Below, piece by piece: positions 1-11,837 of a stretch of 64,000 bases of DNA (its first letter is position 1; each line of letters starts with the position of its first letter). The notes under the pieces were generated by a model. It did no database searches, had not been told where the DNA came from, and saw only the letters and a list, made by a program, of their open reading frames with translations. The DNA is from a virus. Its lineage: Duplodnaviria > Caudoviricetes. The stretch lies in IMG/VR virus record IMGVR_UViG_3300029705_000042; one strand, 5' to 3'. The position numbers and the translations under genes were made by a program.

Positions 1-201
1 GAAAAACTCATCATTAAAGTAATCAATCAGATAGGTCTTGATGAATCCCTGCAAACCGAACATAACTACTTTGTCCCATCTCTTCACTCGGCTCATACGA
101 GGAGTAAAGTAAGATACAGACTTAGTAATATTTTTAGGGAGCATTTCAGCGTGTACCGCCTTGTAAAAATCAATTAGCAACATAGGATTTGTTCTTCTCA
201 T
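1..201 (-). CDS. Nicotinamide/nicotinate phosphoribosyltransferase-family protein (NAMPT/Namat-like), 5' part only; runs off the window
   Basis: Manual translation from ATG at 201: MRRTNPMLLIDFYKAVHAEMLPKNITKSVSYFTPR...VVMFGLQGFIKTYL. The DFYKxxH, SYFTPR and FGLQ motifs are typical of NAMPT. ATGA overlap with the upstream gene stop. Confidence 0.8.
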   Translation of the reverse strand, partial: MRRTNPMLLIDFYKAVHAEMLPKNITKSVSYFTPRMSRVKRWDKVVMFGLQGFIKTYLIDYFNDEFF

Positions 202-1004
202 AATTCAAATACCTCAATCTTTTCATGTTCTTTTGTAAAAATACTATTAGTTGTATAAACTCTTTCAATTAAACCGCTTGTAAGAAGTTCTCCTTCAAGG
301 ATGGTGTTCTCGCAATGAGTTATATAAAGATATACGTTCTTAGCACCAGCTTCTTTTAACGCCTTGGCAGAGTGATAGAAAGTACCACCACGAGAACAAA
401 TATCATCAATAATTAAGACATCTTTATCTCTTACAATATCTCTATTCATTAGTTCAAGACCAAGAATCTTACCCGTTTCCCAATCACGCTTTTTAATTCC
501 GAAAGCATAAGCACCCTTTACATAATCCGTACCACGCTTCATTGCACCTTCATCTGGATAAAAAGCAACTAAATTAGTTTTATTCGGGATAGCTGCAATT
601 GTTTTATCAATCATTTCCTGCGGATGTTTAACCTTAACATTATTGATAAGTGCCGTACAAACATTGCTATGTGGGTCAAGGATTCTAACCTCAGTAAAAT
701 TAAGACTATTAATCACATCGGCAAAATGCTTCAAAGTAAAAAATTCATTAGGACTTTTAACTCTATCCATACGAGCGTGTGGACAATAAGGCATTTCAAG
801 AATCATATCTTGTTTATCGAAATGTTTACGAATACAGATTATGGTAAACAGTTCGGCATCATTTTCATAATGCCAAGTAAGCCTCTTTGCACTTTTACCA
901 AACCAATCTAAACTAAAAATAGGCTCTGCATAGTCAGTTTCAATTCTTAAAGAGTTATCTGGAAAATGAGCCTGTGTTACAAGCTTGTCGTTTATTTTAA
1001 TCAT
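198..1004 (-). CDS. prs: Ribose-phosphate pyrophosphokinase-family protein (Prs / Adps-like)
   Basis: Motifs PYCPHARMDR, DPHS, PDEGA and the PRPP-binding loop LIIDDICSRGGTF. Confidence 0.85.
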   Translation of the reverse strand: MIKINDKLVTQAHFPDNSLRIETDYAEPIFSLDWFGKSAKRLTWHYENDAELFTIICIRKHFDKQDMILEMPYCPHARMDRVKSPNEFFTLKHFADVINSLNFTEVRILDPHSNVCTALINNVKVKHPQEMIDKTIAAIPNKTNLVAFYPDEGAMKRGTDYVKGAYAFGIKKRDWETGKILGLELMNRDIVRDKDVLIIDDICSRGGTFYHSAKALKEAGAKNVYLYITHCENTILEGELLTSGLIERVYTTNSIFTKEHEKIEVFEL

Positions 1005-1006
1005 AA

Positions 1007-1525
1007 TTACTCTCCAATTATATTAATCTGGCACATCTTCATAGTTGTAAGTGCTGCCTTGTGCGTTTCGGGAGTTACACCAGCACAACAACTTGCATCA
1101 ACTGTAATGTTAGCGTTGGGGAACTGCGCCTTAAGGATAAGTGCGTTAGATACTACACATATATCAGTACAAAGACCTACAAGTTCAATGTCTTCGAAAT
1201 CGTCAAATTCACATTCATAATTCCAAAGAGTATAGCCAAAAGTTCTTTTGTTGATATGCTTGTATTCAGGATAATTTACTGCATCGGCAATTATCCAACC
1301 ATATGTTCCATTAATACAATGCTCAACAGGAAGATGCTTACCCTCGTTTGTTTCAAGATAATTAGTCTGATGGGTGTCTCTCGTAAAAATAATCTCATCG
1401 CCACGAGCCTTATATTCTTCAATCTTCTTTTTTACATTCGGTACAATAGCCTGTGCCTCTTTAGTGCCAAGAGCACCGTCAATAAAGTCGTTCTGCATGT
1501 CTACTACAATTAATGTTCTTTTCAT
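1007..1525 (-). CDS. pncA: Nicotinamidase / isochorismatase-family cysteine hydrolase
   Basis: Catalytic motifs VVDMQNDF, TRDTH, HC, K and GLCTDICV. Confidence 0.85.
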   Translation of the reverse strand: MKRTLIVVDMQNDFIDGALGTKEAQAIVPNVKKKIEEYKARGDEIIFTRDTHQTNYLETNEGKHLPVEHCINGTYGWIIADAVNYPEYKHINKRTFGYTLWNYECEFDDFEDIELVGLCTDICVVSNALILKAQFPNANITVDASCCAGVTPETHKAALTTMKMCQINIIGE

Positions 1526-1610
1526 TTCATTTTTCTCCTTTTGTTACCTTAATAGTATAACTTTAATTGTTATTAAGTGATAAAACCGTAAAATGTTTTA
1601 TACCAATGAT

Positions 1611-1639
1611 ATTATAACATAAATACTCTGAATTGTCAA
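1611..1639 (-). promoter_or_regulatory. Sigma70/A-type promoter of the NAD operon
   Basis: TTGACA-17 bp-TATAAT with extended TG. Confidence 0.8.
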
Positions 1640-1676
1640 TACTTTTTTTAAAAAAATATCATTTAAAATTAAGTTT

Positions 1677-1934
1677 TTAAAGCTCTTCGGTATAATGATT
1701 GATGGTGTATATAATATCATCTGCACAATTTTTACAATACATTACTTGTGAGCTTAATTTTTCATATGGACTTTTTTCTAACTCACGACTGTATGACGAT
1801 ATAGCATTTGCACAGTCACTAATATCATATTCATACTTGGGCTTAGGATTAAGCTCTGCTTCACCGACAGTGATTGTATAATAATGTTTTCCCACAATCT
1901 CTTTTCCACATCTATCACAATGCAACTTAACCAT
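1677..1934 (-). CDS. Hypothetical protein, zinc-finger-like
   Basis: CDRC and CKNC pairs; co-oriented with neighbours. Confidence 0.6.
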   Translation of the reverse strand: MVKLHCDRCGKEIVGKHYYTITVGEAELNPKPKYEYDISDCANAISSYSRELEKSPYEKLSSQVMYCKNCADDIIYTINHYTEEL

Positions 1935-1937
1935 AGA

Positions 1938-3460
1938 TTACTCTCCCCACTTTCCAGTGTATCTTTCAATAAACTTTTCAGGAACAAATTCTGTATTTAC
2001 ACTAATATACGGACTTCTTTCAGTTTCATCTACATAACAAGTAATGGTAATACCACATCTGTACTTATAATCATTAACAATCTTTTCTGCATTATCAATC
2101 AAAGACTGACCACAATCCTTAATATTCTGAATGATATCATTATTCATCTTAGCCATCTAACTTACCTCTTAAAATATAATTTTTATGTATCCTTCTTTTC
2201 TTCTCTGCAATGTACACTGTCCCAATCATAATCTGCATCCCTTACCATTTTCGCAATCTCTCTCAAGACATCATTGTATGCAGCATGTTTCCCATTGACA
2301 AAGCCCCTTTCGTAATCGGTTTTACAATGTCCAAAATTCATTAGCCTCTTTGAACGAGAACAAAAATACTGCAAATTATATAAAAGTTTTCTGTATTTTT
2401 TTATATTAATACTTCTCATTATCGTACTCTTTCCCAACGAATAGTTTCAGGGAATATATGGTTGGAATCAAAAAACTTAATAGTGTTATGACAAACAGGA
2501 CAATTTATGCAATTGTAATGCTGCTTGTAAACATTAATATATTCTTCGGTTGGTCTAAAAAGATGTTCACAAGTCTTCCTTAGACCACCTCGTTTTTCTT
2601 CTACCAAGTGAAACATATCCGAATCCGTATATTCCAAATCGGTGTTACAAAATCGACAGGTTGTTCTGTGAACTTTTTCATATCCTTTTTTAACTACTCT
2701 CATATTAGCCTCTTTAATATCTTCAATTCACAATGCAAACAGGTGTTACATCTTCTTTGGTCAATTCATATTCCTCAAGGTATTCTTCAAGGTCTTCTTC
2801 TCTGTACATCTCGCCATCTTCGTCAACATATCTAAAACTTGGGTCAAAATATACTTCGTGATATCCATTACCTTCGTCATCCGTAGCATACCAACAATCA
2901 AGGTCGCCATGCTCTGCCATAAACTCCTGCAAATTCTTAATCATCTCTGAAATCTTCATAATTAGTTCTCCTTTAAAAATATTATCAACTTGATATTGTT
3001 AACTTCTCAATAAAACCCTTCATTAATTCCTTAATGAAATCTTTGTCTTCGTTATCGTCCATACATTCGGATTGAGCATACCATTCATCGGAACCAACAG
3101 ATTTATAAATCACATATTCACCAAATCCAATATCAGAAGCCCATCTAATAACGAAGCCAACAAATTTATCGTTTACAAATGGTTCAATGTCATAAGCTTC
3201 TAAATTAATCTTATTAACCTCATGCTTTCTTGCCATATTTACACCTCTTAAAAGTATATTTTTATTTGTTCAGGCTCTTTTAAATCCCAATCGTTATGCC
3301 CAAGACTATACATTTCTTCGTAACATTGTTCGGTTATTGGTATAGCAATACAATTAGGACATCCAATTTGTTTGCACAATTCTTCTGGTGTTATAGGTAA
3401 TTCATTTTTAACATAACAAAGAGGAACTTGTGAACTTGTGCAAATTTTATAATACTTCAT
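1938..3460 (-). other. Block of small hypothetical phage genes (1938-2156, 2183-2437, 2419-2703, 2723-2959, 2985-3236, 3248-3460)
   Basis: Tightly packed co-oriented ORFs with AGGAG/GAGGT-type RBS. Confidence 0.65.
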
Positions 3461-3489
3461 ATTCTTATCACCACTTAAAGTTTCATTTT

Positions 3490-3828
3490 TTATGTTGCCA
3501 ATCCAATACTCTCAATTCTAAAATCAGATATCTTTCCATCTTCAATTTTATTAATAATAATATTAGCACCACTATGAAATACAACGCCATCTAATGTCAT
3601 TCTGCAAACTTGATTCTCATAATCCCAAGTACTAATATTATCGGTAACAAAACCAATAACCTTATCTTGATATCTACTCTCCTTATCTTTGTAAATAATC
3701 GGAGTGTTTATACTAAAATTACTAATAGCATTTTCAACAGCTTCTTTGGTAAATACAGTTCCATTCTTATTTGGCGTATCAAATGCAATAGGCATTGTAA
3801 TTTTTATCTTAATCAAATCATCTTTCAT
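3490..3828 (-). CDS. Small protein resembling the N-terminal part of the phage prohead protease
   Basis: PNKNGTVFTKEAVENAISNFSINTPII resembles LNFNGSIFDKEIVDENIETIKNTPIL in the ORF at 54220. Confidence 0.5.
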   Translation of the reverse strand: MKDDLIKIKITMPIAFDTPNKNGTVFTKEAVENAISNFSINTPIIYKDKESRYQDKVIGFVTDNISTWDYENQVCRMTLDGVVFHSGANIIINKIEDGKISDFRIESIGLAT

Positions 3829-3870
3829 AATTGTTCATCCATTAAAACTCTATTTTTATTAGATACCAGA

Positions 3871-4532
3871 TTACTTTTCTTTACAGTTTACATAGGCAGC
3901 TTTAAAATATGTTTCTGTATATTCGCCCATACCATATCCCTTGGTTCTTGAACTAACTGAAATATCAACATTATCAGTTGTAACTGTATATCCTTCTCTA
4001 TTTAAATAATCTGCAATAATTTCTTTTACATCACTTTCTGAAAGTTCAATTCTAATATTCTTTTTAATCTTCATATTATTCACCTTTTAAATTCTTTTGC
4101 TTCTTATCCAAACATTCACCTAAATCTTTTAAAACATTATAGATGTTACGATAAAATCCATATTTTGATACAACTTCTACTCCAAGTTCTTCCAGATGGT
4201 TTATTGCTAAATCCAATTTTCGTTTCTCTTCCATTTCTTCTTCGAAGGTTTGGTCATACGCTAAAACTCCAAAATTGAGGTCTAAAGCTCTCTCTACATA
4301 TTTATCGCTTGAAATACTACTAATACTACTCATGTTTTTATCTCCTTTTAAAATTTTATTTTTATTAGCTCTTTACTATCTTTCTACGCTTGCATTTCTT
4401 ACAAACATATACCCATTTATGATATGAAGGTATACTATCGTAGTAACTATCATACACTGGAACCTTTTCCATCAAACATTCCCATTCGTGCTTGCAAAAC
4501 CAAGAGCGAATTATATCGATTATATATCCCAT
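3871..4532 (-). other. Small hypothetical genes (3871-4083, 4076-4333, and 4365-4532, a 55-aa Cys/His-rich ORF)
   Basis: Co-oriented ORFs with RBS; 4365-4532 translated by hand (MGYIIDIIRSWFCKHEW...CKKC). Confidence 0.6.
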
Positions 4533-4555
4533 AATCTACCTCTTAAAGTTTGTTT

Positions 4556-5170
4556 TTATAGCCTTAATTCTTTTGCAACATACAACGCATAGCCCCAATT
4601 CAATTCTTTTGGTTGATTACAAATTTGCCTGTATGCCAAGAACATCATTTTTGCAATTACATCATACGAAACTCTACCAGTTAAACCACCAAAAGCAGGA
4701 ATTACTATACTGTCCACATCTTGTTTTAATGCTTCGATAAGTGTAGTTCTCATACATTGATAAACAATTCTGCTATCTACAATTTGCTCAGGAGTTCTCA
4801 TGCTTGGAGTATGAATTAGAATTGGATTACATTGCAGTATTCTTCCGTTATCTATTTGCTTATCATAAAACCTGCTTACAATTGGAACACTGATACTTGT
4901 TCCCACTGGTTGCTCTCCATACCAATCCATAAGAATTACATCTTGGACATCTTTCATAAGTTGCTTTCCAAAGTAATCTGTAATTGCTTTGTCGTAGCCA
5001 CCGTCCATAAGACCAAATGAGTTGGCAGGAGATACAATGGCTTCAATGTCTGGATGCTTACCCATAAAAGTTGCAAAATCTTCGTTTACGATTTCGACAT
5101 TTGGCAAATCAAAATATTTGTACCAAGCATCTGTCATTGATTTGTTGATATCCAATAAATATATCTTCAT
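4556..5170 (-). CDS. Macrodomain protein (ADP-ribose binding/hydrolase, Appr-1-P processing family)
   Basis: Motifs AIVSPANSFGLMDGGYDKAI, HTPSM and IPAFGGLTG. Confidence 0.85.
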   Translation of the reverse strand: MKIYLLDINKSMTDAWYKYFDLPNVEIVNEDFATFMGKHPDIEAIVSPANSFGLMDGGYDKAITDYFGKQLMKDVQDVILMDWYGEQPVGTSISVPIVSRFYDKQIDNGRILQCNPILIHTPSMRTPEQIVDSRIVYQCMRTTLIEALKQDVDSIVIPAFGGLTGRVSYDVIAKMMFLAYRQICNQPKELNWGYALYVAKELRL

Positions 5171-5195
5171 AATACTACCTCTTAAAAGTTTGTTT

Positions 5196-8100
5196 TTAAG
5201 TGTTGCTTATAATCTCTTCAACTACGAATTTAGGGATATAAACAACTCCGTATTCTTCGTTAGTATCAAGATAATATTTTAAAGTTTTCTTTATATGGTC
5301 TGTATTGTAAATAAAATCTTTGCAAGTAATTTCTTTATCTGCAATTGTGCTATATTCACATATTGCATAATGCAAACATTTTTTACACTTCATGTTATCA
5401 CCACTTAAAATTCGTATTTTAAAATGCCATAATATGTCCCGATTCAACACCAAGTCGAGTAAGTTGTTCAACCTTGCGTTCAAGTTCGTCTACTTTTAAT
5501 CTAAGACTATCTCGCTCTTCAAGCACAACAGAATATTCTTCCATTGCTCTTGCTACCTTTAGACTTTGATTCTCTTTTGCCCTTAAAATCTCACATTCAG
5601 CATCAATATTCTTTTCTGCATTTTCCATAAGAAACTTGTAGTGTTTTCTACTAATCCACATAACTTCACCTCACAAATATTCTTTTTTTACTTTTTCCCA
5701 AAATTCTATTCGTTCTTTTGTAAGAACCTTCTTTGCAACATGTTTATCCGACACTCTTTTACCAATATAAGCGTGTCGGTGACAATAATGATACACATTG
5801 TTATCAATATTACAATGGAATGACTTTGGATGATTAGCTTCTCTGCAACATATACAACAGTATTCTTTTACCGTCATTCTCTCATTTGTAGTTTTAATTA
5901 AATCGGATTCACTTTTGAACTCTGAACAGCTCTCGCCATTAACCAGAACATCGTTGAAATTCGGTGCATAAACCGCACAAACTACATGATGAATACAATC
6001 CCTGCAAGTTGACATTATCAGCTTCCTCCAATATTTCTTCTGTGATTCGGCTTATTACTCTTATTACATCTGAAACTTTTACTTCATCTTTGTCGGTATA
6101 TGTTCCAAAGTATATTGCCACATCTTCTTGTATCTTTCGTACAATATTTACCCTGAGTTGTACAATACCATCATATATTTCATCAAGCATTCTCATTTGA
6201 TTTTGATGTTCTATTCTCGATTCTTCGCTTTGTTTTTTAAGAAGGATTACAGAACTATCAATATCATATTTTAAATCTTCGTTTTCTTTGATAAGTTCCT
6301 TGATAAGTTGTAAAACAATATCTGCCAAATCGCTCGAACAATTCTGTTCACAAATGCCTTTTGTTTCAAAATAACAGCCAACACAATTTGAAAAATTAGG
6401 CTGCGATGCAAAACATTCCAAAGCCTTTATAATTTTTTCTTTATCCATATTTACTTATTATACCTTTCAGTAAGTTTGTCAAGCTCATGAATGCATTCCC
6501 ATACCGCCTCTGCTCTTCCTTGATAAAACATTTGCCATTTTTCATCAAGTCTGCGTTTATCTGCATGATTTCTATATTTATGGTAGAGTTCAACGAGATG
6601 GATTCTTGTCTGCCACAAATCATTTACAATTTCACTCTGTTTATGGTAGCCCTGTTCTTTTACAATTCTCTCAATCGTTATACATTGAGTCATAGGCAAC
6701 TTTGTTTCATTCCATAGTTTCCAAGCAAATTTAGAATAACCACTCATACCCATCTCATTAAGATTTTGATAGTCATTTGTTGTACTTATATCAATATGTT
6801 TTTCTCTATCCATATCAACCTCTTAAAATATGTTTTTTATTCGTTTAAATCTTTCCATTCTGCATTGCCTGTTAATAAAGCATATATGCCAAGAGCTTTA
6901 TCTCCATGAAATATATTTACAATCTTTAAGTCGTTTTCTCTGATTCTTCCGACACATAAAGTTGGCGCATCAGACAAAGTGCAATCATAAGTTATCGTTA
7001 AGTAATCTTCCATATCAACCTCACAATGCTTCTAACTGCTTTTCAAGTTCATTAATTTTTTTATCGCAATACTCACGAATTATATTGGTTAATTCATTGT
7101 CGCACAAAGTAATTTCATCTTTACAATAAGCAGACAGCCATAAAAACTTCTTCATTAAGATATATTTCTTATAAGCACTATCACATATCCTTCGAAGCTT
7201 ACGATAATTCTTTAGCTCTTCGTGTATCTCTTCTGCCTTTTTATATGTTGCAATTGTCATATAATCTTACCTCTTAAAACACCCATTTTATTATTCTTCA
7301 TTCCAAACAATGCTCTCGTATTCTTCGGGCATTAACCAATAAGGATAAGCGTCACCAAATTCCTGTTCGCCATAATTATAATCAATGGCAACAATGCCAA
7401 GACCCTTTTCATCATATCGAACAGTCATAACATACTCGGCATTAAGCAAGAATATAACCGCATCTCTGATAGCGTTTTCAAATTCTTCCTGAGAATCATA
7501 TTTATTTCTACAAATTACAATCTGATTAACTTTGTTCATATATCTTTACCCCTTATTCCTTTATCTTTCTAAATCCGTAAACATACTTTGCAAACCGCTC
7601 CCAGTTCAAATGTAATTGGTCATAAAAATCTACCTTCTCACCGACATCAAGATTAACATAATACCTATAAGTTCGACGCTCTTCTCGCTCTTTATTCAAT
7701 CTGTCAAGCTCTTCATTGTCAATGTGAGGCACCCACGAAGTAATTACAATCTCACATTCCGCTCTGCTCCAAAAATGATACCGTGCAATACGATTTAATT
7801 TTTCAGAGAACTCATCATAGGTTAAATTTTCCTTTAATAGTTTTTCAACATCCTCTCTAAAAGAATGATGTTTAAACACATTATATATCTTTATCTCTCT
7901 ACCATTAATATCGTGGTCATATACATTCCAAATCATCTGATTCTTTTCGTTCATACTTTGCGCCCTCCTTTGATTTGGTCATAAATCTACTACACACCTT
8001 ACCGCCGCAAGCTGTTTCACAACCAACGAAATATTTACATTCAGGACACTCTCGCTTTATGTTTATTGCTTCGCTTTCTAACCACATCTTGATTACTTGT

Positions 8101-10610
8101 TTATTGTCTGGAATATCATCCATATCTTGAAAAAATCTACACTTATTATTTAGTTCGCAGTAAGCACACATATGTTCAAAATCTAAGTCCTTTTCGTAAA
8201 CAACCTCTGGCTTACATTTGTTACAATAATTTGTTTCCCACCACTTTAAATAAGGGGTATCATCATTGAATACAAAATATTCATCTATCCAATCAACAAG
8301 CTCGTCAATATTTTTGTTTTTAATATTCTCAAATACTGTCATGATATCATTAGCCTTTCTTAACTCTAATCACAAAATCATCTGCGTCTTCGCACGAATA
8401 CCAATCATATCCATTATAGATTTCAATGTCGGTAATGTTTTTCATATCGTCATCGCATAAAACATTCATTACAGGCTCAACTTGATAAATCTCTTTGCCG
8501 TTCTTAAACCAAACCGCCTCAAGCATCATAATATCATCCTCCATAAAATAAACTTTTTAAGTGCTTATATATTTAATTCATATTTTTCTTTGAGTCTTGC
8601 TAACTCAGCTAACTCTTTTTGTCTAAGTTCTTCTTGCTTCTTTTGTTCTGCTTTTAATTTATATGGCGCTATAAATTGGTCATTCATTAATTTAATATAT
8701 TCGTCATAAACCTTTCTACTATTACCATATGCCAAAAGCTGATATAAATAATCTTGTGCAATTTTTTCTGCTAATTTTCTATTATCCTTCTCAATATTTA
8801 CATGAAAAGCAATCCAAAATCCACCATTTCGTATATTATTAGGTTTTAGTTCATCGGAAATATAACATTTATATCTGTTTGGTTCGTCTCTCATAATCCA
8901 TTCATTGTCCTTAGAATCAAAAACAATTTCGTGGTCGTACTTTAAAGTAATCTTAGACAAATCCTTTTCATTTTGAAGGTCTTTTATTTCTCGGACATAA
9001 TAGTCACCAGCACCATAAGCTGCACAATATTTGTCTGCATCCAAACGATTGTTAAAGTAACCAACTACATACCAATCACTGTAACAACCACCAAAAACTC
9101 CATATACCATATTACTTACCTCTTAAAATATTCTTTTTATTTGTTTTAATCACAATCTAAAACAATGACCTTGCTACTATGACCAATATCAGCAATGCCA
9201 TTTATATTGAAGGTGTGATATGTTCCCCAAGAACTCTCTATCGTACATTGCGAATCATCATAGAATATACCTTCAACTTCAAAGTCTGGATACTTTAACA
9301 ACAATTCAGCCAAATCTTTTGCTTTCATGCCCTTACCTCACTCTATCCAAAAATAAGTTACATCCTGCAAATCTTTGAGCCAACTGTCTTCACAGAATTT
9401 TTCCCAATCATTAATAATGGTTACGAAAAATCTTTTGCAACCTTCGATTGTACCCCAACCATTTTCGGCTTCGTACTTCTTATATTTTTCTGGATACTTT
9501 AACAACTCGGCATAACCATCTATGATACGAGGAATAACATCTTTGCACAGCCCATTGTTCTCTTCATTCTTCCATTCAAGACCAGTAGACTTTACAATCA
9601 TATCTCTAAGATTCCAAGTGATATTGGCATCGCTGTCATAAACTCCAACATAACGATTATCAAGACCTTCAACTTTTACCTTAAAACTAATATCGTATGA
9701 CATATTCTTACCTCATGTATATTTTAAGTAATCTCTTTACAAATTCTCAGTGCTTCTTCAAGGTCGGATATCAAAGGTTTTACCCAATAAGGACTGAAAC
9801 AATTTATAAATTGACCGTACTTTCTCTTGAAAAATATAGTTCCATCGTCTTCTGTACCAAGAACCAATAAGGGATGCTTACTATCCTTATTAATTATCAT
9901 TACAGGCATAACAGCATCGCCACTTGTCATAAAAACAATATCGTATTCTTCCTTCAACTGTTTTAATGTATCGTCATCCCAACACTGGTCTTCTGCGCTA
10001 AACATCATAGGCTCATCATCTTCTAAATTTTCGTTAAAAATAAAGCTCAACATATCTATTACCTCATAAAATCTCGATTTTAATTTCTTTCGAGTATCAA
10101 TTTTCTATAACAATCTTCAAATCGCCAATCATATTCATCGACGCCATCAATAAATCGCACCTTATATGATTCTACACCATATAAATAATAATCAATATCT
10201 ACAATTTCACCAATCTGTAGATACCTCTTGTGCGATTCATCTGTAATAAGTATATAATCTCCACTTCTTAACATGTGCGCTCCTCATCAATCTCGATTTT
10301 AATTTCTATTATCAGCAATTTGAATTTTTGCTCTGTAATGAACCTGCTCTTCAAAAAACTCAGGGTTAAAACTTGTTGTATACGATATGTCCATATGGTC
10401 GATTATTTGTTCGCCTAATCGTTGTGCTAATCTATCTCTAAAACATCCTTCTGGCAACCTCTCAACATCTCGCTTATTCACAACAATATTTTCTTCGAGA
10501 GTTATAAGCGGTTTATACGAATGTGTAATTGTAACCTCTTCAAAAACAGTAGGTTCAAGTTTTCTTAATATCTTTTTAAGAATTTTAATTAACCATTTTC
10601 TCATATACAT
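5196..10610 (-). other. Array of about 17 small hypothetical phage genes (e.g. 5419-5661, 5671-6015, 5939-6448, 6451-6813, 6837-7013, 7021-7260, 7291-7539, 7553-7954, 7917-8342, 8350-8544, 8565-9110, 9146-9328, 9338-9703, 9724-10053, 10080-10274, 10299-10610)
   Basis: Dense co-oriented ORFs with RBS; many end at a TAAAA-N6-TTTTA site. Confidence 0.7.
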
Positions 10611-10817
10611 TTACCACACTTTCTTTGTTGGTGCTATCAAAGGTGTCCAATGAGTAACCTTGTAACAATGTAGTAGCCCATCTTTGCACCACACATTAAT
10701 ATCGCTTCTAAAATAACCTATAAAGAAATAACCACCATTTTTATCCGAATAACAAAGCACCTCTTCGTTATCTTCTGGCAGCTCATCTCTTACATCAATC
10801 CAATCTTCCATATACAT
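10611..10817 (-). CDS. DUF551-like small phage protein
   Basis: WIDVRDELP...VLC...VTHWTPL pattern. Confidence 0.7.
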   Translation of the reverse strand: MYMEDWIDVRDELPEDNEEVLCYSDKNGGYFFIGYFRSDINVWCKDGLLHCYKVTHWTPLIAPTKKVW

Positions 10818-10902
10818 TTACCTCTTACGATTTATTTCTGTATATATTATACTCCTTAAATATGTACTCCACTTGAATAAATTGTAAACAATTTGTAAAC
10901 GC

Positions 10903-11301
10903 TTACAATTTTTCTGTTACATATTTCTTTTTGAGTTCAGCAATGTCGTTTTTAAGTTCCTCGAAATAATGCGGTATTGGGTAATCAGTCCCATCATCAA
11001 CACAATGATTGTTAAACAAGGCTTCCTCAATCTCCTCAAAAATTTCCTCTGCAAGCTCTACATCCCAGCCCTCAACCCAACTTTTCGGTATAACATCGGC
11101 AGTAGAAAGTGTTTCTGCAAAAGATATTGCAGACTTCAAACCAAGCACAGTTCCATAAGCAACGCTTTTTCCATTAATTCTTCCACCATAATGTGGCTCA
11201 CAACACCCCTCAATTTCGTCTTTGAGATGTGCTATAAGTTTATCTGCATCTATATATCTCATATTACTTACCTTCCATATATTTCTCTTTGAGATTGTCA
11301 A
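10903..11301 (-). CDS. Hypothetical protein, tandem paralog of 11264-11629
   Basis: Shared RYIDAD...ADV(I/V)P...EIFEEI...LKxKY. Confidence 0.6.
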   Translation of the reverse strand: MTISKRNIWKVSNMRYIDADKLIAHLKDEIEGCCEPHYGGRINGKSVAYGTVLGLKSAISFAETLSTADVIPKSWVEGWDVELAEEIFEEIEEALFNNHCVDDGTDYPIPHYFEELKNDIAELKKKYVTEKL

Positions 11302-11629
11302 AATCGTATATCATCTCGCCTGTTGAATATTCCTTATCATTAAGATACTTAAATGTGATTTTATCAATCTCTTCAAAGATTTCATTTTTAAATTTCTGCA
11401 AATCTCCGCATAATTTATCAAGCTGCTCAATTCTTTCGTGTGCTCCTTTGAGCAAATGTTCTGACATTTCAAGGTAACTTCTTGGTACGACATCGGCAAT
11501 GGGCATATTTTTAATTTCGCTTGCAAATGCTATTTCTCTAATATCGTATTGGTTTACACGGTCTCCAACATCTCGAATATAAAATGGTATTCTATCTGCA
11601 TCAATATATCGTGCCATATCAATCTCCAT
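11264..11629 (-). CDS. Hypothetical protein, tandem paralog of 10903-11301
   Basis: Shared RYIDAD...ADVVP...EIFEEI. Confidence 0.6.
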   Translation of the reverse strand: MEIDMARYIDADRIPFYIRDVGDRVNQYDIREIAFASEIKNMPIADVVPRSYLEMSEHLLKGAHERIEQLDKLCGDLQKFKNEIFEEIDKITFKYLNDKEYSTGEMIYDFDNLKEKYMEGK

Positions 11630-11837
11630 TCTTTACTATTACAATTTTGCCCTCGTAAATATCCTTATAAATATTCTGTATCTTACGGTATCCCATATTA
11701 TAAAGTTTTTCTGCAGTGTAAGTTGCCTCGCCTATGTTCATATCGGGCGTTGGGCAACTCGTCCAGATATCGTTTGCCATTTCCTCAATCTCTTTATTGC
11801 GTTTTCTCATGCTTGCTTACCCTATAAAAATTTGATT

